In this document: in pieces, positions 9,930 through 20,604 of the stretch
How the letters are laid out: each line of letters begins with the position of its first letter
Numbering within the stretch: the first letter of the stretch is position 1
Source: Candidatus Latescibacterota bacterium
Lineage (GTDB): Bacteria; Latescibacterota; UBA2968
Assembly: GCA_965198115.1 (NCBI GenBank)
Contig: OZ240241.1
Span: 4,480,001 to 4,544,000 of the forward strand
DNA length: 64,000 nt
Direction of reading: 5' to 3'
Position numbers and translations under genes: made by a program
Notes under the pieces: model-generated
Database searches by the model: none
What the model saw: the letters and a program-made list of their open reading frames with translations, nothing else
What the model was told of the DNA's origin: nothing

Positions 9930-11162
9930 ATGCTCCACGCGCTCCTCATCCTTCTTGTATCCATCGGCTCTGCAAGCGCTCAGCCGCTCGAACTGATCGC
10001 CGGTGTCGGCCAATCGGGATTCAGCGGCGACGGGGGCCCGGCGACGGCCGCCCAGTTGAACGTGCCCGTCTCGGTCTTCGTCGACGATCGGTCCAACGTC
10101 TACGTGGCAGACATCGCAAACCGCCGTGTGCGGCGAATCGACGCATCCGGAACGATCGAAACCGTCGCCGGAACGGGGGAAGATGCGACGTCCGGTGACA
10201 ACGGCGCGGCCATCGACGCCGGCGTATTCGGACCGACCTCCGTCTTTCTGGATGGTGCGGGTGTGCTCTACGTCGCCGAATGGAACGGACACACCCTCCG
10301 AAGAGTCGACGCGTCGGGCCGTATCACCGCGTTCGCCGGTACGGGCGTCTACGGATACGGAGGAGAGGGGCAGCAGGCGGATGCAGCGAGACTTTGGAAC
10401 CCTTCTGCCGTTTTCCGATCGGGCGGGGGTGAAATCTACCTGACCGAGTGGAGCAATCACCGCATTCGACGGATCGAACAGGACGGCTCGATCGTGACGC
10501 TTGCCGGCACGGGGATCGCCGGTTTCACCGGCGATGGAGGACCGGCTGTTCTGGCTCGTGTCAACAGCCCGAACGGACTGTTCGTCGCTGAGGATGGCTC
10601 GATCTACTTCAGCGACCTCGGCAACCACCGCGTGCGACGCATCGACGCCCAGGGCACGATCACCACCGTCGCCGGCACGGGCATCCCCGACTTCACGGGA
10701 GACGGGGGACCGGCCGATCGAGGCACGCTGAGCAGCCCCGCGGGACTTTTCGTCGACGCGGCAGGAACGCTCTACATCGCCGACAGCCGGAACGCCAGAA
10801 TCCGCATCGTACGACCCGACGGAACGATCCACACGATCGTCGGCCCCGAACTGGGAGACCAGCTCCTGGCGCCACAGGACGTCTTCGTCGATTCCCGGGG
10901 CGATCTCTACATCGCCGACGGATCGGCCCACCGTGTCTACCGGGTTGCGGGTCTGGCCGCACCCACACGGTTGCCCGGGGCCGCCCCCAAGCCCATCGAC
11001 TTCAACGCCAACGAAATCGTCGACTTCGGCGACTTCCTGCTCTTCGTGGCACAGTTCGACACGGCCGACCCCGACACCCGGTTCGACCTCATCGAAGACG
11101 GCCTCATCGACTTTGCCGACTTCGTCCGCTTCGCCGAATCTTACACCACGCAATCACCGTAG
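9930..11162 (+). CDS. Secreted NHL-repeat beta-propeller with dockerin-like double EF-hand tail
   Basis: Signal peptide (ASA-Q); NHL repeats; tail 'IDFNANEIVDFGDFLLFVAQF...RFDLIEDGLIDFADF'. Confidence 0.88.
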   Translation: MLHALLILLVSIGSASAQPLELIAGVGQSGFSGDGGPATAAQLNVPVSVFVDDRSNVYVADIANRRVRRIDASGTIETVAGTGEDATSGDNGAAIDAGVFGPTSVFLDGAGVLYVAEWNGHTLRRVDASGRITAFAGTGVYGYGGEGQQADAARLWNPSAVFRSGGGEIYLTEWSNHRIRRIEQDGSIVTLAGTGIAGFTGDGGPAVLARVNSPNGLFVAEDGSIYFSDLGNHRVRRIDAQGTITTVAGTGIPDFTGDGGPADRGTLSSPAGLFVDAAGTLYIADSRNARIRIVRPDGTIHTIVGPELGDQLLAPQDVFVDSRGDLYIADGSAHRVYRVAGLAAPTRLPGAAPKPIDFNANEIVDFGDFLLFVAQFDTADPDTRFDLIEDGLIDFADFVRFAESYTTQSP

Positions 11163-11355
11163 AATCCGCTCCGGTTCTTGACGCGAAAGTGGACGATCGA
11201 GGTTCGTTTCCGCCGAAACGTAATCGTTCAGCAACGAACGCCCACGTCGAACGCTGATTGGAGCCTGAAAAGTGATCCCGGGGCCACAATCTCTCCGACC
11301 ACCGTTCCACCCGTCTGAGCATTGTCCGAAGCAGTCGGTTCGCAACCCGGAGGTA

Positions 11356-11400
11356 CACCCTGAGCCCCTAGGCTTCGCTCGGGTAAAACTCCGTCGTAGG
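11356..11400. repeat. Degenerate REP-like palindromic element
   Basis: caccctgagc...gctcgggtaaaactccgtcgtagg resembles the ccctgagc...gtcgaaggg type of intergenic palindrome; single copy here. Confidence 0.35.
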
Positions 11401-11508
11401 CTGCTCCCACCGAACGATTGAAGTCGACAGTGTTTTATGCCCCCTGCCTCCCGCTCGTGGCAAAGCCGTCTCTCCCCGCAATAGGGCGAAGCCGCAGCGA
11501 CATCTCTT

Positions 11509-11543
11509 GTCAATAGTCACTGGTCACCTGTCAATGGTCACTG
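11509..11543. repeat. Heptamer tandem repeat (gtcaNNN x5)
   Basis: gtcaata gtcactg gtcacct gtcaatg gtcactg. Confidence 0.7.
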
Positions 11544-12733
11544 CTACCGGTCAGCGGTCAATCGAATTGCGCCCTCCCGTGCCTGTCCGTACACTCTCGC
11601 GATGCCCCACACCCTCTCGCTCACCGAGGCGGCAACTCGCATCCGCGAAGGAACGCTTCGCAGTAGCGACCTCGTCAGTGCCTGTCTCGACAGGATCCGT
11701 GCAGTCGACACGAACATCGATGCTTGGACCTTCGTCGACACCGAACACGCCCTGAAAACGGCAGCGCAGCGCGACGCCGAGGCGGGGGACCCGAACCTCG
11801 GCCCCTTGCACGGGGTGCCAGTCGGCATCAAGGACATCGTGGAAACCGCCGGTCTCCCGACCGAAGGCGGTTCGAAGTTCCTGAAGGGTCACATACCGGA
11901 AAAGGACGCCCACGCCGTCAGCCGTCTGAAGAAGGCAGGCGCCGTGATTCTCGGTAAGACCGCGACGACCGAGTTTGCCTGCCGCGATCCCGCCAACACG
12001 AGCAACCCCTGGAATCCTGAGCATACGCCCGGAGGGTCGAGCAGCGGTACCGCTGCGGCCGTCGCCTCACGGATGGTCCCGGCCGCCATCGGCTCCCAAA
12101 CCGACCGGCGGGTCGATCTCTCGGCCGGCCGCCTATTGTGGCGTCGTCGGTTTCAAACCGACCTACGGTCGCATCAGCCTCCGAGGTGTCTACCAGGTCA
12201 GCTACAGCCTCGACCATCTGGGTTGCCTCGCGAGATCCGTCGCCGATGTTGCGCTGTTTGCTCGTGCGATGACCGGTCACGACCCGGAGGATCCCTTCAG
12301 CCTCTGTCGCGAAGACGCCTTCACGCGCGGGGAAGAGACTGTTCTCGAAACACCGCGCTTGGGCGTGGCGCATACCTTCTTCCTCGACGTCGCCGAAGAA
12401 GAGGTGGCCAAAACCACCCAGGAAGTGGCATCAGGTCTCACCGCCTCCGGCGCACACGTTTCGGTCGTCCCACTTCCCAAGAGCTTTAAAGACGTGCACA
12501 AAATGCATCGCCTCATCATGTACGCCGAAGCAGCGGCTTACCACGAGACACGATTCAGCCGCAAACCCGGAACCTTCCGACCCGACCTCCGATCGTTGAT
12601 CGAAGAGGGGCTGCTCCTTCCAGCCGCTGCCTACGCCGAAGCTCGGCGTCATCAGGTCATCTTTCGAAACGATATGCGCACCGCCTTTGGTCAAGTCCCA
12701 TAGTCAGTTGAAACTCATCGGGCTCCGTGGTAT

Positions 12734-13981
12734 TCATGCTCTCTGCCGAGCATCTTGATTGTCGCCGAGATTCAGGTTGTTTTTCAGTGCTTGCCTGAGC
12801 AGCGGGAGGTGTTTGTATCCGCTCACGCGTCGCAGGCGTGGTTCGATGTCGAGGAGTGCGGCCGCGACCCATCTGTGTCGCTGAGGAGAGTTGTTCCAGC
12901 GGTTGACCTTCCGTATCAGGTTGCCGGTCATGCTGTTGAGCGCCTCGATGCAATTGGTGGTTCGGAAGCTTCGCTTCAAGAACGGGAGCATCCCCAGCCG
13001 GTGGAGGGTCAGGGTTTCCTCCAGTCCTTCCTCGAGGCTTGCCACGGCAGACTGATTCATCAGCTTGAGTTCGGGTTTGAGTGATTCGAGTGCGGCCTTT
13101 GCCTCCTCGTAGGTGTCGCAGTCATAGGCTTTCTGAAGTTTCCGTCGAACTCTTGGACGTTCTGCCTCCGGGAGGTAGCTGACGACGTTCTCGCGCTTGT
13201 GCCACTGACAGCGATGCACGCACACATCCCCTTTGAGGGCTTTGGTGACGGCACAGCGGAGTCCCTTTGAGCCGTCCAGCACAACGAGAAGGCCCTGGTC
13301 GTAGCACAGGCCTCTCCGGATGAGATCCTGGATCAGCTGACGGCAGATCCGTTCGTTCTCCGTCGCCGATTCGACGAAGCCCAGGGGGATCTTCTGGCCG
13401 TCCGTCGTGACGCCCAGAGCGATCACGATCTCTTCGTCGGCAAAGCTCTTTCCGTCGATGAACAGGGCGACCAAGTCGTAGTCGTCGAGCGGTCGTTCCT
13501 GGAACTGCTTCAGCTTCTTTGCGGTGGCTTTGATGAACCGTCGCGAGACGGAGGATGCCGAGATTCCGAACGCTTCGGGTACCGACTCTGCACAGGCTCT
13601 GTAGTTGCGACAGGAGATTCCCTTGAGCACACGAAGCAGCAGCTTCTCATCCATCGCTCTGGGCCTCTGCATCCCCCGGTATGCGGCCAGAGAAACCTCC
13701 GTATCGGACTCGACGTCGCGCACACGGGGAACGGCCACCGGCAGCTTCTGGTCCATCAGATACACGGACCCTTTCTGGCTTCCCCATCGACGATGCGACT
13801 GCTCTGAACCCTTACGCGCATACCGAACGCCTGCGAGCTGCTCCACCTCCTGCTGGAGCACGTCGGCAACGGCCTCCAGACCCAGCGGAATCAGCGCCCG
13901 GATCACCGATAAACGCGTCTCCAAATCCATAACGTCTGACCCAACCTTGACTTCGCCATCCCCTGCAAATAGCTTCTCCAT
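12734..13981 (-). CDS. IS256-family (mutator-type) DDE transposase
   Basis: 'LFIDGK', 'VVLDGSKGL', 'HRCQWHKRENV', 'RTTNCIEALNS'. Confidence 0.93.
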   Translation of the reverse strand: MEKLFAGDGEVKVGSDVMDLETRLSVIRALIPLGLEAVADVLQQEVEQLAGVRYARKGSEQSHRRWGSQKGSVYLMDQKLPVAVPRVRDVESDTEVSLAAYRGMQRPRAMDEKLLLRVLKGISCRNYRACAESVPEAFGISASSVSRRFIKATAKKLKQFQERPLDDYDLVALFIDGKSFADEEIVIALGVTTDGQKIPLGFVESATENERICRQLIQDLIRRGLCYDQGLLVVLDGSKGLRCAVTKALKGDVCVHRCQWHKRENVVSYLPEAERPRVRRKLQKAYDCDTYEEAKAALESLKPELKLMNQSAVASLEEGLEETLTLHRLGMLPFLKRSFRTTNCIEALNSMTGNLIRKVNRWNNSPQRHRWVAAALLDIEPRLRRVSGYKHLPLLRQALKNNLNLGDNQDARQRA

Positions 13982-14061
13982 CGTGGGCTCCTTTCTTACG
14001 GGTACACGCTCTCACACGCGTACCCACAACGTAAGTTTGGAGCCCTTTAAGTTTCAACTAG

Positions 14062-15614
14062 GAGCCTGTCGGAGTACCCAGCCGGAGGAAGATTTCGTAT
14101 TGTAGAAGTGCGATCAAGGTTCCGACTCTGAATTGGAGGTTTCCGTTGAGCACTTCTACTCGGTTTCGTGTCTACAATCCGGCTCAGTTGATGTTGCTGC
14201 CTCCGGATCTCCGGAGTTGGCTTCCCAAGGGTCATCCGACCTACTTCATTCTGGATATCGTCGGACAACTTGATTTGTCCGCGATCTACGAGACCTACGA
14301 TGGGTCTCAAGGTGGCCAGCCACCGTATGATCCCCGGATGATGGTGAGCCTACTGCTGTATGGTTACTGCGAAGGCATCAGGAGTTCCCGCAAGATTGAG
14401 CGTGCGACCTATGACTCCGTTGCTTTCCGTGTGCTCAGCCTGGATCAGCATCCTGATCACGACACGATATCGACCTTTCGTCAACGGCATCTGGATGCCC
14501 TCTCAGGTCTGTTCAGGCAAGTGCTGTGTCTCTGCGTGAAGGCAGGTCTGGTGAAGCTGGGACACGTGGCGTTGGATGGCACGAAAGTCAAAGCAAATGC
14601 CTCAAAACACAAAGCGATGAGCTACGGCCGGATGAAGAAGAAAGAAGCCGAGATCGAGGCCGAAGTGCGCAGACTCTTGACCGAGGCCGAAGCCACTGAC
14701 GCGGCCGAAGACGAACTCTACGGAAAGGACAACCGCGGCGACGAGTTGCCCGAGGAGTTGCAGCACCGGGAGACTCGACTCAAAGTAATCCGCGACGCAA
14801 TAGCCGAGATCGAAGCCGAAGCGGAGGCTGAGTTTCCTGAGAAGCAGGCAGCGTATGAAGAGAAGGTAAAGGCCCGGGAGCGCCGCGGCGGTCGTGGACG
14901 TAAGCCCAAGCCTCCATCGAAAGAGCCCGACTGAAAGGAACAACTGAACTTCACCGATCCCGACTCACGGATCATGGTCTCAGGGGGCCAATTCCTTCAA
15001 GCCTACAACTGCCAAGCTGCTGTGGATGACAAGGCCCAGATTGTCGTTGCTGCCGACGTCACCCAAGAAGCTGATGACAAGAACCAGATGACACCTATGG
15101 TCAACCAGATCAGAGCGAATATGGGCGGCACGACACCCAAGCACCTCACTGCCGACACCGGATACTTCAACCAAAGTCAGGTCGATCAGGTTCAATCAGA
15201 TGGCGTCGACCTCTATGTGGCGACGACAAAACAAAAACATGGAACGCCCATCGCGACCTGCCCCAGGGGACGGATCCCCAAGGGCGCAACGACGAAAGAC
15301 AAAATGGCGAGAAAGCTTCTCACACAGAAAGGTCGCTGCACCTACTGGAAAAGAAAACAGATCATCGAACCCGTGTTTGGACAGATCAAATCCGTTCGGA
15401 ACTTCACCCGATTCTCATTCCGCCGAATCCACAAAGTCATCAGAGAATGGAACCTGATCTGTCTCACACACAACCTTCTGAAACTCTATCGACTCTCATT
15501 GGCTACCTGATCCCGAAGAGAAACTCGGCTCAAGGAAAAACGAAGGTAACCGGTCGCTGACAGACTCAGCTGGACTTAATCTCAACGAGCTTCCGGGTGT
15601 AACCCGACAGGCTC
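14062..15614 (+). mobile_element. IS1182-family element (1553 bp) inserted at CTAG
   Basis: Terminal IR gagcctgtcgg at both ends; CTAG duplicated at 14058-14061 and 15615-15618. Confidence 0.9.
14146..15510 (+). pseudogene. IS1182-family transposase with in-frame TGA at 14932-14934
   Basis: 'PPYDPRMMVSLLLYGY...SSRKIERA', 'LDGTKVKANAS'; reads EPD*KEQLNFTDPDSRIM in one frame; 'ADTGY', 'KRKQIIEPVFGQIK'. Confidence 0.88.
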
Positions 15615-15898
15615 CTAGGATAGGGACCTCACCCCGCCTTTCGGGACATCGACATCCTCCTGACACCCGCCGCGCCAGGTCCCGCGCCTCGCGGGCTCCA
15701 CTCGACGGGAGACCCCGCATTCAACGTGCCCTGGAGCTACTCGGGCTACCCCACGATCGTGCTGCCAACCGCTCTCACACGCGACGGGCTGCCCCTGGGC
15801 ATACAGCTCGTCGCACAGCCTTTCGACGAGGCGCGTCTGCTCGACGCCGCCCGGTGGATCGAGCGCCAGATCGGGTTCGATGCGACACCCGCCCTCTG

Positions 15899-17086
15899 AT
15901 GATCCTGTCGTTCCTGCTCAACATCCTGATGACGTCTCCCCTACGTGCCGCTCCACCGTGGGAAGCAGCCATCCATCGCATCATCCACTTGAGCCTCGAC
16001 GAAGACTTCGACGCGGCTCACACCGTCTCCGATTCCCTGATGCGAGCACATCCTCATCGTCCGGAACCCGCCTTCTACAAAGCCGTCGTCTACTGGCGAC
16101 AGGGCATGAATGTGCGCGACGGCGCGAAACTCGATCCGGATGTGTTTCGGTTCGTCGAAGCCACGATCGAACACGCCGAAAACCAGATGCGTCGCCACGG
16201 CGAATCGGCGGAGTTGTTTCTGTGGCTGGGTAATGCCTACGGTCTCCGCACGGGCCTCGAAATGCTGCGTCGCGAAGTGCTCAAAGGCGTCGTCGACGGA
16301 TTTCGGGGTCGCGAGTATCTCACCGAAGCGCTCGAGATCGACCCCGACCTGGTCGACGCCCGATTCGGCCTCGCGCTCTCCGATTACATCCTCGCGACGA
16401 AGCCCCGCATCCTCCGCGTGGTCCAACGGCTTTTCAATCTCCCCTCCGGCGATCGTCGGGGCGGTCTCGAGATGCTCGAACACGTCGCGAAGGAGGGTCG
16501 GTTCGCGGTCACAGACGCCCGATCGGCCCTGGCCTACATCGACCTCTACTACGAACGCGACAGACGCGCCGCATTCGCACGCGGTCGCGACCTTTTGAGG
16601 CGATACCCCAACAGTCTCGACTACCGCATCCGGGCGGTCGACGCGATGCTCGCCCTCAGCATCGAAGAAGGGGACGACCTGTCGTCGGCCCTCGTCGACT
16701 CGATCGCCAGCATCCGCACGATCGCGCGCCAGCGTCGTTCGGAACTCATCGGCTGGAGACGCTTGAAACTCCTGTTCGCCGAAGGTGTGTCGCTCTACCG
16801 ACTGGGGCAGCGCGAAGAGGCCAGAGCGGCGCTGTCACGGGTCGCTGCCACGCACAAAGATGATGACAATTGGTTGATCGGTCCGACGGAGCTCATCCTC
16901 GGGAAGCTGGCCGATCTCGAGGGCAACCGGGAGCGTGCGAAAGCACACTACGCGAAGGCTGAACGCCGCGAGGATGTGTGGGGGAGCTACGCGGAGGCGC
17001 GTCGTCTGCAGGTTAAACCGTTCAACGGTCGGGAACCTGCCCGCCGACCCAAGGACGACAAACAGCGCTATCCTGAGCGACCCTGA
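15899..17086 (+). CDS. Secreted TPR-repeat protein
   Basis: ATG overlaps the amidase stop (TGATG); signal peptide; TPR-like helices ('EALEIDPDLVDARFGLAL'). Confidence 0.75.
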   Translation: MILSFLLNILMTSPLRAAPPWEAAIHRIIHLSLDEDFDAAHTVSDSLMRAHPHRPEPAFYKAVVYWRQGMNVRDGAKLDPDVFRFVEATIEHAENQMRRHGESAELFLWLGNAYGLRTGLEMLRREVLKGVVDGFRGREYLTEALEIDPDLVDARFGLALSDYILATKPRILRVVQRLFNLPSGDRRGGLEMLEHVAKEGRFAVTDARSALAYIDLYYERDRRAAFARGRDLLRRYPNSLDYRIRAVDAMLALSIEEGDDLSSALVDSIASIRTIARQRRSELIGWRRLKLLFAEGVSLYRLGQREEARAALSRVAATHKDDDNWLIGPTELILGKLADLEGNRERAKAHYAKAERREDVWGSYAEARRLQVKPFNGREPARRPKDDKQRYPERP

Positions 17087-17088
17087 CC

Positions 17089-18609
17089 GTGCCCGAAACG
17101 ATTTCACCCGCCATCGACGCTCGAGGCTTGACCAAGCGCTACGGCGCCGTCCTCGCCAACGACCGTGTCGACCTGACCCTCGCCCGTGGCGAAATCCACG
17201 GCCTCCTGGGGGAGAACGGCGCGGGAAAGTCGACCGTCGTACACACCATCGCCGGCCTCGTGGCGCCCGAAGAGGGCATCGTTCGAATCCACGGAGAGAC
17301 GCTCGCGCCAGGGTCTCCCGAGGCAGCACTCGCATCGGGGGTCGGACTCGTCGCCCAGCACTTTTCGCTCGTCCCGGACCTGACTGTGTGGGAAAACATC
17401 GTCCTCGGCCGCGAACCGGGAAGATGGGGTTTTATCGATCGCCGACAGGCAAGACGTCGTGCCCGCGATCTGATCGATCAACTGGGCGTCGACATATCCA
17501 CAGACGTCACGGTCGGTCGTCTGCCCATCGGGAATCGACAGATCGTCGAGATTGCCAAAGCCCTCGATCGTCAGACGAGTGTGCTGATCCTCGATGAGCC
17601 CACCTCCACGCTCTCGCCGATCGAGTCCGAGAGATTGTTCGACCTGATCGACCGCCTCCGTGACGGGGGAACCACGATCCTTCTCGTCACCCACCGGATC
17701 ACCGACATCCTCGAACACGCGAACCGCGCTACCGTGTTGCGCGAGGGGCGAGTCGTCCACCGGGCCGAGCAGGAAACGTGGTCGCAATCCGAACTCGTCC
17801 GAGCCATCGTCGGGGATCGAAGTGTCACGACGGCCGCTGGGCCCCCCTCACCGACAGCGGGTCGGACACGGTTGCGCGCGCACAGCCTGACCACCCGTCT
17901 GAGGGAGGGCCAGAATCTCCACGAGGTCACTCTCGATGTTCGTCGGGGCGAAACCGTCGGTCTGGCCGGAGTCGCCGGCAATGGCCAGGAAACGTTGTTG
18001 CGTGTCCTCGTCGGGCTGGTCCCCGTCGAAGACGGACAGATATTGTTGGAGGACGCCGACATCACACACACCTCGGCCAGCACCCGACGGGAGATGGGAT
18101 TCGCCTACATACCGGAAGACAGACACGACGAAGGCACGGTCGATTCCTTCTCGATCGCAGACAACCTGCTCCTCGGAGACCACAGACGGTTCGGCACCGC
18201 GACCCGCATCGACAGCGAAGCCGCCAGGTCCCACGCCGATCGGCTCGTCGAGACGTTCAACATCCGCGGTCCGGATCCGTCAGAGCCGATCGTCGCACTC
18301 TCGGGCGGCAACCAGCAGAAAGTGATCGTGGCGAGAGCTCTGTCCCCCGAACCCAGCCTCGTGCTGGCCGCACAGCCGACCCGGGGTCTCGACCTCGCCG
18401 CCGCCTACGAGATTCGGGAGCGCCTCGCACGCACGAAAGAGAACGGCGGAAGTGTGATCGTCACATCCGCCGATCTGGATGAGCTGTTCGACCTTTGCGA
18501 TCGGATCATTGTCCTCTATGCCGGACGGATTGCCGGTCGTCTCGATCGCGTCGACTACGACCGAAATCGCATCGGCAGACTCATGACGCTGGGCGGAGAA
18601 GACACGTGA
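17089..18609 (+). CDS. Sugar/nucleoside ABC transporter ATP-binding protein (tandem NBDs)
   Basis: Walker A GENGAGKST, 'LILDEPT', 'YIPEDR', 'LSGGNQQK', 'QPTRGLD'. Confidence 0.93.
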   Translation: MPETISPAIDARGLTKRYGAVLANDRVDLTLARGEIHGLLGENGAGKSTVVHTIAGLVAPEEGIVRIHGETLAPGSPEAALASGVGLVAQHFSLVPDLTVWENIVLGREPGRWGFIDRRQARRRARDLIDQLGVDISTDVTVGRLPIGNRQIVEIAKALDRQTSVLILDEPTSTLSPIESERLFDLIDRLRDGGTTILLVTHRITDILEHANRATVLREGRVVHRAEQETWSQSELVRAIVGDRSVTTAAGPPSPTAGRTRLRAHSLTTRLREGQNLHEVTLDVRRGETVGLAGVAGNGQETLLRVLVGLVPVEDGQILLEDADITHTSASTRREMGFAYIPEDRHDEGTVDSFSIADNLLLGDHRRFGTATRIDSEAARSHADRLVETFNIRGPDPSEPIVALSGGNQQKVIVARALSPEPSLVLAAQPTRGLDLAAAYEIRERLARTKENGGSVIVTSADLDELFDLCDRIIVLYAGRIAGRLDRVDYDRNRIGRLMTLGGEDT

Positions 18610-19631
18610 TTCGTCGGGCGCCGATCCTTGCTGGAGTAGGGAGGTCCCTGACCGCCTTGGCCGCCGCCTTCGTCGTCGGTTTCGCCCTGATCGCCGTATC
18701 GGGTGGAGACCCGGGCAGGGCGGCGAGCGCCCTCTTCTACGGGGCCTTCGGTACGCCTACGAACGTGGCCGGCGTCTTGATCAAGACCGTGCCCCTGCTG
18801 CTGACGGGTCTCTCGGTTGCGGTCGCGTTTCGGGTCGGGTTGTTCAACATCGGAGGGGAAGGTCAGCTCTACGTCGGTGCCCTCGTCGCGGCTGCGCTCG
18901 GCGCCCTCGACCTCGGGCTGCCCCGAATCATCCACTTGCCCGTGGTGTTGCTGGCCGCATCTCTGGGCGGGGGACTGTGGGGGGCCATCCCAGGCTGGCT
19001 TCGGGCACGTCGTGGCGTTCACGAAGTCATCAACACCATCATGCTCAACTACATCGCCATCCAGGCCACCGACTACCTCGTCACGGGACCCCTCAACGCC
19101 GGTGCGTATGCCACCAAAACACGTCCGCTGGTCGACACCGCCGTCCTGCCCAGCCTCTGGACCGTGCAACCCACACCCGTGAGCGTGGGCATTCTGCTGG
19201 CGCTGATCGTGTGTGGCCTCGCCGCGTGGTGGCTATTCCTGACCCCGAGTGGAACCGAGTTTCGGGCCGTTGGACTCAACAGAAACGCCGCCCGCGCAGC
19301 TGGCATTCGGGACGCACGGCATCTGGTTCTGGGCATGACCCTCGCGGGTGGCCTGGCCGGACTGGCAGGCAGCCTCGAGGTGACGGGGGTCCACTACACC
19401 CTCTACGCCCAGTTCTCACCCGGCTACGGGTTCGACGGAATCGCCGTCGCCCTCATCGCGCGCAACCATCCGCTCGCTGTTATCCCGGCCGCCCTCCTGT
19501 TCGGATCACTTCGCACCGCCGATCGGTGGTTGCAGCTGGTCGCCGGAGTACCCCGAGATATGGTCATCATCATCCAGGCGGTCGCCGTCCTCGGCGTCGG
19601 CCTCCAGACCGTCCTTACCCGGCGACGCTGA
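18606..19631 (+). CDS. Nucleoside/sugar ABC transporter permease
   Basis: 'GLFNIGGEGQ', 'HEVINTIMLNYIA', 'GYGFDGIAVAL'; GTG overlaps the previous stop. Confidence 0.9.
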   Translation: MIRRAPILAGVGRSLTALAAAFVVGFALIAVSGGDPGRAASALFYGAFGTPTNVAGVLIKTVPLLLTGLSVAVAFRVGLFNIGGEGQLYVGALVAAALGALDLGLPRIIHLPVVLLAASLGGGLWGAIPGWLRARRGVHEVINTIMLNYIAIQATDYLVTGPLNAGAYATKTRPLVDTAVLPSLWTVQPTPVSVGILLALIVCGLAAWWLFLTPSGTEFRAVGLNRNAARAAGIRDARHLVLGMTLAGGLAGLAGSLEVTGVHYTLYAQFSPGYGFDGIAVALIARNHPLAVIPAALLFGSLRTADRWLQLVAGVPRDMVIIIQAVAVLGVGLQTVLTRRR

Positions 19632-19722
19632 TGGCCCCTACGGATAGATGAGATAGCGCGATCTCAGCAGTTGCCTAACAGCCAAACGCAAGCTAGGGAA
19701 TGCCTCACGACGCACTTTACTC

Positions 19723-19745
19723 CCGAACACTGAACACCGAACACT
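19723..19745. repeat. Heptamer tandem repeat (cYgaaca x3)
   Basis: ccgaaca ctgaaca ccgaaca ct. Confidence 0.55.
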
Positions 19746-19768
19746 TTCTCTACGACGGAGTCTCACCC

Positions 19769-20392
19769 ATGCTTCTGAAGTCGATCGTCGTCGGTCCCCT
19801 CGAGGTGAACTGTCTCGTCCTGGCCTGTGAAGAAACCCGAAAAGGCATCGTCATCGACCCAGGCGACAACGTGCCCGGAATCCTGCAGCTCGTCAAAGAG
19901 GACGACATCGACGTGATCGAAATCGTTGCCACGCACGGCCACTTCGATCATATCGGCCGCGTCACATCCCTTCAGCAGGAGCTGAACGTGCCGTTCACCA
20001 TCCACCGGGCCGATCTCTTCATGGTCGAAGGCCTCGTAGAGATCGCCTCCTTCCTCGGTGTCGACACGGATGACGCCCCACGCGTGGATCGCTTCATAGA
20101 AGAGGGAGACACCATCGCCTTCGGCCAAGAAACGCTCGACATCGTCCACACACCCGGCCACGCACCGGGCAACGTCACCTTCCTATGGCCCGACCACGCC
20201 ATCGTCGGCGACGTGATCTTCGCCGGCTCCATCGGCCGAACGGATCTCGAAGGTGCCGATCCCGACACTCTCATGCGGTCGATTCGTGAAAAGGTGATGG
20301 TTCTTCCAGATGAAACCCACCTCTACCCTGGCCACGGCCCATTCACCACGGTCGGTCAGGAGCGCCGCACGAATCCATTTCTTCAGACGTAG
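19769..20392 (+). CDS. MBL-fold metallo-hydrolase (glyoxalase II / YcbL-like)
   Basis: 'THGHFDH', 'TPGHAPG', 'GDVIFAGSIGRTDL', 'YPGHG...TT...E...NPF'. Confidence 0.92.
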   Translation: MLLKSIVVGPLEVNCLVLACEETRKGIVIDPGDNVPGILQLVKEDDIDVIEIVATHGHFDHIGRVTSLQQELNVPFTIHRADLFMVEGLVEIASFLGVDTDDAPRVDRFIEEGDTIAFGQETLDIVHTPGHAPGNVTFLWPDHAIVGDVIFAGSIGRTDLEGADPDTLMRSIREKVMVLPDETHLYPGHGPFTTVGQERRTNPFLQT

Positions 20393-20495
20393 CTCAAGAT
20401 CGGTTCCAGACTCTTTCGAACATCGGAAATCACCAATCGGATTTCGGATATCGATTTGTGTTCTGCCGAATGTCCATCATCGATGTCTGAGTCCA

Positions 20496-20534
20496 CTCGA
20501 CGTTCGGAGTTGGTCATTCGATGTTCGAAGTTCG
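20496..20534. repeat. Degenerate heptamer repeat (ttcgNNN)
   Basis: ctcgacg ttcggag ttggtca ttcgatg ttcgaag ttcg. Confidence 0.55.
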
Positions 20535-20604
20535 CCCTCAACGGGCAATGAAATGGCCTCCCCTTGAAAGGAGAGGCCGGCGGTTCATCGCAGGACGTCA
20601 ATGA

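Larger units (their letters stand above)
12689..15633 (-). mobile_element. IS256-family element (about 1.39 kb without the nested IS), 8-bp TSD CCGCCTTT
   Basis: TSD at 12681-12688 and 15634-15641; imperfect IRs ggtcaagtcccatagtcagttgaaact / ggtgaggtccctatcctagttgaaact (second reconstituted after removing the nested IS). Confidence 0.92.
11602..15899 (+). pseudogene. Amidase-signature (GatA-like) amidase, frameshifted and split by IS insertion; parts 11602-12688 and 15642-15899
   Basis: 'PLHGVPVGIKD', 'TPGGSSSG', 'GSQT|GGSISRPA' broken by an ACCG duplication (12100-12107); after the IS the frame resumes 'RDIDILLTPAAPGPAP...GLPLGIQLVAQPFDEARLL' to TGA 15897-15899. Confidence 0.9.

Noticed and set aside
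9618-11153. Long antisense or alternate-frame ORFs (also 22632-23909, 23579-25015, 27429-28664, 36000-37238, 60208-61434)
   Set aside because: Shadow ORFs of well-supported genes in GC-rich DNA; no recognisable motifs
14932-14934. In-frame TGA in the IS1182 transposase as Sec or recoding
   Set aside because: Lies in a variable linker, not at a conserved Cys; a simple nonsense mutation is more likely
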